From assembly GCA_040755315.1 (NCBI GenBank), contig JBFMBF010000017.1:1-24707 (forward strand): a stretch of DNA of 24,707 bases. The letters run 5' to 3'. Position 1 is the first letter of the stretch. Each line of letters opens with the position of its first letter. This DNA is from Candidatus Hadarchaeota archaeon (GTDB taxonomy: Archaea; Hadarchaeota; Hadarchaeia; Hadarchaeales; Hadarchaeaceae). The position numbers and the translations under genes are program-made. Shown piece by piece: positions 9,001-13,440 of this stretch. A model generated the notes under the pieces. That model did no database searches. It worked only from the letters and a program-made list of their open reading frames with translations, and was not told where the DNA came from.

Positions 9001-11504
9001 CCGCCCCGTATTCCTGGCAGTTTTCAGCTCCAGACGGCGACGGTTACTATGAGTTTTACAGTGCCGCCACGGACGCTGCTGGAAATGCTGAAGCCGCGTC
9101 AACGGCTACCTCGGGCTGGCTGGCGGGATGGCAGCGCCGCAGGCCGGTGACGATCAGCAACGGCGCGGGGCAGCTGGACGGATACCAGGTGAGAGTCGAG
9201 GTGCCGCGGAGTTCCGACATGAGGCAGGGCTACGAAGACCTCAGGTTCACGATGGGTGACGGCGCAACCCTGCTGCCACACTGGGTCGAGAACCGCGGCA
9301 CGGCATCCGCAGATGTCTGGGTCCGGGTGCCATCGGTCCCAACGGGAGAGACCACAGTCTACATGTACTACGGCAACACGGCCGCCATGGACGCGAGCGA
9401 TGGGAACGCCACTTTCGAGTTCTTCGACGACTACTCAGGAACCTCGCTCGATACCGGAAAGTGGAACGTGAGGTACGGCTCGCCAACCGTGGCCAACTCT
9501 GTTTTGACTCTTGAGGGCAGCGACGGCAAGGACGCGATAAGGAGCAAGGCCTCGTGGGGAACCGGATACGCGTTCAGGTATAAGGACAGGCCGAGGAACG
9601 CGACCGAGTCCCAGGACGCATGGGCCAACGCCAACAGTTCGTGGGACTTCTCGGACGACTCCGAAGCCGTGCTGGCTTTCCCCGGCAACAACCTTATGTA
9701 CTTCAGGACCAGAACGGGCGGCAGCCCGACCACAAGCACCGGCGTCTGGACGGTTTGGGATCCCGACTGGGCCGTCTTTGAGATACAGAGGCCCGACTCC
9801 TCGGCAGCCAGGCTGTTCGGGAACGACACTTTGATAGTGCAGAACACGTCAAACATCCCAACCGTGCCGCTGTTCGTGGGTCACGAGGCAAACGTGAGTA
9901 CCCTTCTGGTGGACTGGTCCCTCGTCCGCAAGATAGCTCTAATTGAGCCGACCACGAGCGTTGGGGCAGAAGAGCAACAGGCGGGGCGGGCGGATGCCAT
10001 GTGCGGCGTGGACACCGTGCCGCCCGCGACCGGTCACGAGCTGTCTGGAGAAGAGGGTGACAACGGCTGGTGGCGCAGCAACGTTGGCATTGAGCTGGGC
10101 GCCGAGGACAACCTGAGCGGCGTGAGCAGGACGCTTTACCGAATCGACGGCGGGGCGTGGCAAACCTATGCTAACCCGTTCATCATCGGCGACGGCATTC
10201 ACATCGTTGACTACCGCTCTGCCGACATTGCTGGCAACTTGGAGGCAATCAGGCCGGTCGAGATAAAAGTTGACACGACCCCGCCAGTTTCATCGGTGAA
10301 TCAAATCGAACCATTCTGGCAGGACTCGGCGCCGTTCACAGTCTCGGTGATGGCGTCCGACGCCACAAGCGGAGTTGAGAGAGTCAAGCTGTTTTACAGA
10401 AGCTCGATAGACAACTCGAACTGGACGGCGTGGGAGTTGTTCGGCAGCGATGATTCGGCGCCGTACGAGTGGCAATTCACGGCGCCGGACGGCTACGCCT
10501 TGTATGAGTTCTACTCGGTTGCCGCAGATGTCGCCGGGAACGTTGAGAGCGCGCCGGATGTTGCAGATTCTTCATGCGGGTTGACAATCCCGGCCGAGGT
10601 AGACATCGACCCCGACACCCTGAACCTGAACAGCAACGGCAAGTGGGTCACCGCCTACATAGAGCTGCCGCAGGGTCACGATTTCGGGAACGTTCGCATA
10701 CTGGGCATAATGCTGAACGACGCGGTCCCGGCGGAGTCGAGCCCCACATACGGGTTCGTGAAGGACCCGCAACTGGTCGATCGAGACGGGGACGGGCTGC
10801 CGGAGCTGATGGTGAAGTTCAGCCGTTCGGCGGTGCAGGCGCTGGTGGACGTCGGCGATGTGAAGCTGACGGTGACCGGGAAGTGGCACGCGGTGCTGTT
10901 CGAGGGGAGCGACAACATCCGCGTGATTGATCCGGGCCAAGACCAGGGCAGCCAAGGAAACGGCCAAAGGTCGCCGACGACGCCTCCAGGACAGAGTGGG
11001 CAGCCTTCAGGTCAAGGGGGTGGCCAAGGGCAAAGCAGCCAGGGAGGGCAGCAGGTGGGCCAGGGACAACCCCAGACACCTTTAGGGCATGGCACCGGCG
11101 GCGGGAACCAGGGCAGTAGCCAGAGCCAGGGCAACGGGCGGGGGCAGTCGCAGTCCAACCCGGGGCACGGCGGCCAGCCACCAGGACAGAACTCCAACGG
11201 CCAGGGCGATGCTGGCCAGGGACAAGGGAACGCGCAGGGCGGCTCCAGCAATCAGGCAGTTGATAATCAAAGCCCGGTAGAAACGTCCCAAGCGCAGGAG
11301 AGTCAGGGCACCTGCAATCAGGACAATCAGGCTCAGGTCGGCCAAGACAACCAATCGCAAGTAAACCAAGTTAATGAAAATCAATGGGTGCCGAGCACGC
11401 CCCAAGGACAGGGAAACCAGAGCGGACAGCAGGCAAACAAGGATAACCAATCATCCCAAGGCCAAGGCAATCAAAACGGGCAGGGAAAGGGCAAGACCAA
11501 ATAA
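36..11504 (+). CDS. Giant (>=3822 aa) multidomain, probably secreted or cell-surface protein; N-terminus probably lies outside the window
   Basis: Single uninterrupted ORF. The same frame is open from nt 3 (VRKEGDFYSAT before the Met at 36), and no signal peptide is visible. Contains PPC-like, propeller, Ig-like, lectin-like and DUF2341-like segments, many N-x-S/T sequons and a Q/G-rich C-terminus. Confidence 0.9.
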   Translation: MDRYDGSYLIDVYVGGMLTWSNAGRWWEQWGVGQTRAAPPILLMIRDSVTGEYVQYHDAQRVRVSRVAVDTWVYDFEVFGILPSVPGHLLLRAQRATDGTLAVTLQGHTGLHPSDIFLQNHETDVLLWSNAGGTEQNHVGETQTVSGYILRWCSVLPSLTYSYTVRGDHPDNYMIPTEAFYYGGVAESVSYTASASVTIEVREGDAGVPGDAGNTIAQARAITPGDYWGYFGPDDPSDFYSIQSPSGLLSASMAPGSDYDIYLYDAGQNLLAKSENRGDADEEITYAVKTPGQYFLEVRKVEGFGPYTFSVEIEPELPVVAVGPGLSSPAVAYGDNRFLVVWNDRDSRIAGKIYDLDGNVVKSKFTVAASTMLGGPSVAFGGGSFFVAWPYQDHLGVWRIGGAVFDPDGSVVKPDFEIASGSSAKVAFGGGRFIVAWKNGNEIRAEMFNGWGDGLGTFSISHPDHSYFEPSEPFSPPAPQEGAVEEWNFQSISFSGGRFHLGWIGRAYKWGRYSEAEEPIVSIRWDWSRTHFGITPVTPAGVLGETKIFGLREEYFDEIKIEYPGYPPSESSSSWSKGSFNTASALAGGDKIMVGLGAEGLENILILNAGEYSLLEQQKFGFGPSRLMVFDGVRFMAVFPGHEKAVFTDGEGVWDEINLKVSIANPAGAAEGGKYFIVGEKDGNIQAIGAPVFQSLISPGNRSLVVSPALAMDWSDAKDIYGGSCTYTLLLGKDSGLSVPSFAAPDILASNYSSMPELDDLTYYWRVAAHGKTNIRLENLSQEISVGLRPEYNSWSEVGLFTVDTQSRASLIAAVNGAAGQSLWIPAMPAAITAEAMDNVIDVGGIELWYRYSHDGANWTGWAPVLVDYVKSGGPEPVNDSRAHEVSQLPWEWQYPAISSYENGRGRRYYYFRDFYDWGHYEFFSVLKDRWGNRELHPSEADVRVYFEKPTSVRLGDSVRGKVSNFPKRYDFDVPENTPQLYVNLDWSRGDLDLHLYDPSGRHIGTTGENRDHEIGILGAECSGPLSKPEWILVSKPRPGRWSAEVRPYGLEAEENFTLEVFTAASRPESSLSLVGPYWHNASTTPFEVRAEAFETTIRKGWETVGALWVRQFGALHEDVAYGIVVDSAGDVYVAGSLRDGLSGQVPQGSTDVFVRKYNGQGSELWTRQFGTYSQDEAWGVDIGRTDVTTDGNGSIYVVGYTWGALSGQSHYGGSDGFVRKYDSHGNELWTRQFGTSDVDAAFGVAAGSDGSVYVAGHTYGNLSNQINQGFSDVFLRKYDAHGSEIWTRQFGTSGYDSTWDVTVDGAGNVYSVGFTSGALPGQAHLGGYDVFIRKYDPHGNELWTKQFGTTGHDEAFGVASESSGNIYLVGIADGALPGQVGYGSNDGFVRKYDAHGNELWTRQFGTSLGDWTYKAGVDAAGNVYIAGATEGALTGYSQKGNYDACVWAYDAKGNELWSYQFGTPGVDEAFDVAADGAGNVYVVGWASGALFDQTHQGYSDAFVMKIATSGIKQVELWYRRSSDNVVWSDWKPCSTDNSEPFSWSFGAPDGDGYYEFYSAAMNRAGNRELPHVTADAQVSVDKKPPQSWVLSLDSGWRNASTTPFEVTASASDGLSGTEKAALWYRHSGDNLTWGRWKLFGTDNQGPWSWSFTAPDGGGYYEFCSTAVDLAGNEEGALIDSQLFKISTFSGSVRGRAVAEFENGESHARTSYADWIGIFGEQIYGYWDDGWPHWIHMAIMDKDEFVVKAKLEEFLEEIEVVSVPVPQHVRYWLSQLDDPAEYGFGSQWDVDTTTIFQGFKGRMWLPEPIKTGELAVLSAGGYIYSEILREEIYENVRAEIFDLLGELETIVRHPARAEARLAVDITPPESSVGPITPYWRVAGAVPFNVRATTSDALSGAENVELWYRHSQDNLIWGDWKLVGETPAVEINLLSESFDGKTWSSLALQGWDPQGGANPSVTDGVLFVPLNSYPKKPLTVDPPFTVEAKIKSDGWSHLYIAGIDEMQVTPPADNLWHTATIIATAPVDGRFKVLAYLDNELQDVAEDLDASWARLEYIELEGPAASGNAWFDNIVVYRRVEPKWSFSAPEGDGYYEFYSIAIDRAGNREEPPDAADAQAGVDTTPPESSANPVEPYWHNASSMPFEVTSAASDGLSGVGKVELYYRYSADNLDWSHWKPYGADSVPSDGFSWGFGAPEGDGYYGFMTIATDSAGNAESKPLASHENSVFGRVLYDNGDPVEGVQVSFSYWDEQTASYETIKYTDSNGYYEIPITSANPHGYSEWGFNVIKWMPSGMWAGIGTGFENGPLHVFGEYAGTYLPESKTWAVDGMMGSRVDVAISAKPVTFWGHSEYKRFYNMAGSQTLTFDYPFGKADATHMGGGNVYIEGGDLRTKSFDATLYDATEGKAILTVTVGGRGEYWDSLVIDNKTVLQNLLGHQLEWRINAADVIDYIYAGKSFWGVVQNVPSYGWTQSRHLVVADYSPNHGVGRQESEAGVDTAPPEIEHDPLDEWQSSDPYEVKATVVDETSGLAPGFPSLHYLTLNNPTFSDGFDGSALDATKWATGSTKVTCSQIATANGALELTARAARSGTYGANYVVSKSPFDFNQGMAFEIPMSVSTYDAPADFRGEFYLTPTFTTTTNPHDQPDWLRLSASVDREGVRWMLQRRRGGGGIGTLGENETFEGNENAEEPHMYTSGPTRKLSSAWRIFIDSENVTVWLDNELVEPTRPHGMNFTSAYAYLALRTKVAPVYTVRFDRFAAGALNWTQANMQPTGQPDEYSASIPDMPDEAAVWYYIGAADRAANTSTNPAGAPANPYMFIVDKAPPVSFVTPITLFWQKSTSLAVSATASDEGSGVESVQLFYRYSPDNRIWGDWVSLGADGNSPWKWQFGFQDGEGFYEFYSLAVDRAGNVEDLLPEADAGCGIDLTPPESSVNPVTPYWQNASMVPFVVNVTAFDATSGVKSVGLYYRYSADNGIWGEWALHGVDEAAPYSWQFSAPDGDGYYEFYSAATDAAGNAEAASTATSGWLAGWQRRRPVTISNGAGQLDGYQVRVEVPRSSDMRQGYEDLRFTMGDGATLLPHWVENRGTASADVWVRVPSVPTGETTVYMYYGNTAAMDASDGNATFEFFDDYSGTSLDTGKWNVRYGSPTVANSVLTLEGSDGKDAIRSKASWGTGYAFRYKDRPRNATESQDAWANANSSWDFSDDSEAVLAFPGNNLMYFRTRTGGSPTTSTGVWTVWDPDWAVFEIQRPDSSAARLFGNDTLIVQNTSNIPTVPLFVGHEANVSTLLVDWSLVRKIALIEPTTSVGAEEQQAGRADAMCGVDTVPPATGHELSGEEGDNGWWRSNVGIELGAEDNLSGVSRTLYRIDGGAWQTYANPFIIGDGIHIVDYRSADIAGNLEAIRPVEIKVDTTPPVSSVNQIEPFWQDSAPFTVSVMASDATSGVERVKLFYRSSIDNSNWTAWELFGSDDSAPYEWQFTAPDGYALYEFYSVAADVAGNVESAPDVADSSCGLTIPAEVDIDPDTLNLNSNGKWVTAYIELPQGHDFGNVRILGIMLNDAVPAESSPTYGFVKDPQLVDRDGDGLPELMVKFSRSAVQALVDVGDVKLTVTGKWHAVLFEGSDNIRVIDPGQDQGSQGNGQRSPTTPPGQSGQPSGQGGGQGQSSQGGQQVGQGQPQTPLGHGTGGGNQGSSQSQGNGRGQSQSNPGHGGQPPGQNSNGQGDAGQGQGNAQGGSSNQAVDNQSPVETSQAQESQGTCNQDNQAQVGQDNQSQVNQVNENQWVPSTPQGQGNQSGQQANKDNQSSQGQGNQNGQGKGKTK
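663..975 (+). other. PPC-like (pre-peptidase C-terminal) domain 1 within the giant ORF
   Basis: Motifs DAGNT..A..I, D.SDFY.I, DYDIYLYD, DEEITY, PGQYFLEV, GPYTFSV. Confidence 0.75.
1000..2100 (+). repeat. Degenerate beta-propeller-like repeats (PxVAxGxxxFxVxW)
   Basis: PAVAYGDNRFLVVW, PSVAFGGGSFFVAW, AKVAFGGGRFIVAW, ISFSGGRFHLGW; boundaries approximate. Confidence 0.6.
2890..3225 (+). other. PPC-like domain 2 within the giant ORF
   Basis: YDFDVPE..QLYVNLDW..GDLDLHLYDPSG...PEWILVSKPRPGRWSAEV..FTLEV. Confidence 0.7.
3360..4560 (+). repeat. Seven tandem SBBP-type beta-propeller repeats (57 aa, 171 nt)
   Basis: W-x-x-Q-F-G motifs start at 3360, 3531, 3723, 3894, 4065, 4236 and 4407 (spacing 171 nt, once 192 nt). 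Each is followed by D.A.GV..D..GNVYV.G and D.FVRKYD..G.EL or close variants. Confidence 0.9.
9113..9975 (+). other. DUF2341-like domain plus lectin-like extension within the giant ORF
   Basis: GWLAGWQRRRPVTI, YQVRV, DLRFT, LLPHWVE, VWVRVPSVP, VYMYYGN, ATFEFFDD, VDWSLVRK. Confidence 0.8.
10930..11501 (+). repeat. Gln/Gly/Asn/Ser low-complexity C-terminal tail (~190 aa)
   Basis: Repeated GQG, QGN, PPGQ and QDNQ units; ends GQGKGKTK; no hydrophobic transmembrane segment. Confidence 0.9.
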
Positions 11505-11561
11505 TCCAAGGTTTTTGCATGATTTGGCGCGATTCAACAAACCGTTTTCTTTGTGATTGCC

Positions 11562-13061
11562 ATGCTTGAGATAATCCAGCGCGACGCGATGGCTAGAATA
11601 GGGCGACTGAACACCGCCCACGGCAACATCACAACTCCGACCCTGATGCCGGTCATCAACCCCATCGATATTTTTCTCACGCCCAAAGAGATGAAAAAGG
11701 AATTCGGCGCCGAGCTGATGATGACGAACGCCTACTTCACCATGCGCCATTTCGGCGAGGAAGGGAAAAAGCAAGGCATTCACGGAATTCTTGACTACGA
11801 CGGCCCGGTGTTTACCGACAGTGGCGGGTACCAGATTTTGCGCTACGGGGATGTCGACGCCACACCTGAAGAAATCGTGCGGTACGAGGACGCCATCGCC
11901 CCTGACATCGCGACGATCCTCGACATCCCGACTGGAGTGGTCGAGAACAGGGGGCAGGCGGAGGAGACCGTGCGCGTCACGCTCGAACGCGCGAAGCAGG
12001 GCGTCCAGCTCAGGTCGAACAAGAAGGTTATGTGGTGCGGCCCGATCCAGGGCGGACTTTTCCCCGACTTGGTTGCCACTTCAGCGCGGGAGATGGGAAA
12101 ACTCGATTTCCATGTCCATGCAATCGGGAGCCCGGTGGAGCTGATGGAGGGCTACCGCTACGCCGAGCTTGTGGAGCTGGTGATGGCGGCGAAGCAGAAT
12201 CTTCCGCTCGATAGGCCGGTCCACCTCTTCGGGGCTGGCCACCCGATGATGTTCTCCCTCGCTGTTGCAATGGGCTGCGACCTCTTCGACTCGGCGGCTT
12301 ACGTGCTCTACGCGCGGGACGGGAGGTATCTGACCTCCGAAGGAACGCTCAGGCTTGATGAACTACTCTGGTTCCCCTGCGAATGCCCAGTCTGCTCGGA
12401 AACAACTCCGGAAGAGATGCGAAAGCTTCCAGAGAAAGAGAGAGTCAAACTTCTCGCCAAGCACAACCTCCACGTCAGCTTCGGCGAGCTCCGCCGCATC
12501 AGGCAGGCCATCGCGGAGGGGCGGCTGTGGGGAATCGTCCAAACAAGGTGCAGGTCCCACCCCCGCCTTCTCGACGGGCTGAGGAGGCTGATCCAATACT
12601 CTGAATTCATCGAGTGCTTTGACCAGGTCACGAAGCCATCGGCGTTCTACTACTCCGGGGAAGAGTCTGCCGAAAGGCCGGAAGTCACCCGCCACCGCCG
12701 GAGGCTGCAGGAAAGGTACGAGCCTCCTCCGCTGCCGACGCTGGCGCTGCTGCCGTCGTTTGAAAATTCAATGCCGGACCTGGAAGAGCCCGAACAAACT
12801 CACTTGGTCAGGCTCATCCCACCGTTCGGCGTTGTCCCTGAAGAGCTCGAGGAAGTCTACCCTCTCTGGCAGTTTGACGTGCCGAGGGAGCTTGACAAGG
12901 AGCAGATGCGGTCGGTCACAGAGTCGCTGGAGCGATACCTGCGCAAGCACGGCGGGAAATACAAGCGCGTGGTACTCTACAACGACGAAAAGAGATGGAG
13001 CAACCTGCTGGTCGAAGCATGCGAACCCGTCAGGGAAAAGCTCAGTGTAATCAGCCTCTGA
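11562..13061 (+). CDS. tgtA: tRNA-guanine(15) transglycosylase (archaeosine TGT), short form without a PUA domain
   Basis: RD..ARIGRL, TPTLMPVINP, TDSGGYQ, LDIPT, HLFGAGHP, GCDLFDSAAY, zinc site CECPVC...HNL. ATG at 11562 is preferred over GTG at 11553 from the family N-terminus. Confidence 0.95.
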   Translation: MLEIIQRDAMARIGRLNTAHGNITTPTLMPVINPIDIFLTPKEMKKEFGAELMMTNAYFTMRHFGEEGKKQGIHGILDYDGPVFTDSGGYQILRYGDVDATPEEIVRYEDAIAPDIATILDIPTGVVENRGQAEETVRVTLERAKQGVQLRSNKKVMWCGPIQGGLFPDLVATSAREMGKLDFHVHAIGSPVELMEGYRYAELVELVMAAKQNLPLDRPVHLFGAGHPMMFSLAVAMGCDLFDSAAYVLYARDGRYLTSEGTLRLDELLWFPCECPVCSETTPEEMRKLPEKERVKLLAKHNLHVSFGELRRIRQAIAEGRLWGIVQTRCRSHPRLLDGLRRLIQYSEFIECFDQVTKPSAFYYSGEESAERPEVTRHRRRLQERYEPPPLPTLALLPSFENSMPDLEEPEQTHLVRLIPPFGVVPEELEEVYPLWQFDVPRELDKEQMRSVTESLERYLRKHGGKYKRVVLYNDEKRWSNLLVEACEPVREKLSVISL

Positions 13062-13109
13062 ACATGCGCTTGAATCCAACAATTTACGACCTGCCCGCGT
13101 TTTTCCCCC

Positions 13110-13116
13110 TTAAATA
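13110..13116 (+). promoter_or_regulatory. Putative TATA box (TTAAATA) for a plus-strand transcript of the intergenic/tRNA-like region
   Basis: Matches archaeal TATA consensus downstream of the tgtA stop and a T-tract; no purine-rich BRE. Confidence 0.35.
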
Positions 13117-13160
13117 CCCCGTCCGCTCAAAGCTTCGGCGGGAAGATGACAAACACTGAA

Positions 13161-13232
13161 CCAATTAAAATAAAAAAATCCCGCGGGGCAACCCACGGGA
13201 CAACCCGCAGCCCTGCTGAATTGACATCTGTC
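13161..13232 (-). ncRNA. Putative antisense small RNA unit 1, complementary to the 5' half of the tRNA-like RNA
   Basis: Minus strand reads AGCAGGGCUGCGGGUUG-UCCCGUGGG(UUGC)CCCGCGGGA-UUUUUUUAUUUU, with upstream AAAAATTATTTA at 13253-13242. 13180-13217 aligns to 13266-13300 with 29/35 identities. Confidence 0.5.
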
Positions 13233-13262
13233 ACGCTCGCCTAAATAATTTTTGGGTGAGGT

Positions 13263-13348
13263 GGGCCCGTGGGGTAATCTGGATAGCCCGCAGCCCTGCT
13301 AACCAGCGGGTACGAGGCTAAGTCCGGGTTCAAATCCCGGCGGGCCCG
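13263..13348 (+). tRNA. tRNA-like RNA with Arg-like body and aberrant anticodon arm; identity undetermined (possible non-canonical intron or pseudo-tRNA)
   Basis: Acceptor GGGCCCG/CGGGCCC plus G73; U8-G9; D arm GGGT-AATCTGGATA-GCCC; T arm CCGGG-TTCAAAT-CCCGG. Anticodon stem CAGCC/GGCTA encloses 20 nt instead of 7; variable loop is 3 nt. Confidence 0.75.
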
Positions 13349-13350
13349 CA

Positions 13351-13412
13351 CCATTAAAACAAAAACGGGCGGTCAAAAGACAGCCGCAACCCCTGCTAGT
13401 TCGCATTTGTTT
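13351..13412 (-). ncRNA. Putative antisense small RNA unit 2, paralog of unit 1 (could alternatively be the hisF 3' UTR/terminator)
   Basis: Minus strand reads AGCAGGGGUUGC-GGCUGUC(UUUU)GACCGCC-CG-UUUUUGUUUU, with upstream TTTTATC at 13423-13417. Shares flanks CCA(A)TTAAAA.AAAAA and CAT.TGT with unit 1. Confidence 0.4.
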
Positions 13413-13440
13413 GACAGATAAAACTTGTTTAGAGGTCTTG

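Larger units (their letters stand above)
2446..10580 (+). repeat. About nine dispersed copies of a ~100-aa Ig-like scaffold repeat, most interrupted by inserted domains
   Basis: Consensus D..PP.S.V....PYW.NAS..PF.V.A.ASD..SGV..V.L(W/Y)YR.S.DN..W..W....D...PWSW.F.APDGDGYYEFYS.A.D.AGN.E....ADA..GVD. Copies start near 2446, 3234, 4782, 5628, 6399, 7527 (divergent), 8502, 8814 and 10275. Confidence 0.85.

Noticed and set aside
3340..9975. Inserted domains as inteins, or as targets of a diversity-generating retroelement
   Set aside because: No C/S...HN-C/S/T splice motifs or LAGLIDADG blocks. No reverse transcriptase in the window, and I saw no near-identical repeat pair differing only at adenines.
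13143..13159. C/D-box sRNA (AAGATGA...CTGA)
   Set aside because: Imperfect C box, only 6 nt to the D-like box, and no convincing C'/D' pair or terminal stem; at most a K-loop.
13173..13220. Upstream copy as the 5' half of a split tRNA
   Set aside because: On the plus strand it lacks the GGG acceptor start, has C8 and a broken D stem, and has no complementary leader to a 3' half.
13261..13353. tRNA-Sec, tRNA-Pyl, canonical tRNA-Ser(GCT) or tmRNA
   Set aside because: No TCA anticodon or long variable arm (Sec, Ser). CTA is not centred in a 7-nt loop and the D/T loops are canonical (Pyl). No G3-U70, pseudoknots or sufficient length (tmRNA).
13180..13410. CRISPR mini-array from the three CCGCA.CCCTGCT copies
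   Set aside because: The copies are degenerate, unevenly spaced (83 and 97 nt between the shared GCT), one lies inside a tRNA fold, and there are no cas genes.
13062..13440. SRP RNA or RNase P RNA in the 380-nt intergenic region
   Set aside because: Neither the SRP helix-8 motif nor the RNase P GAGGAAAGTCC-type conserved regions are present on either strand.
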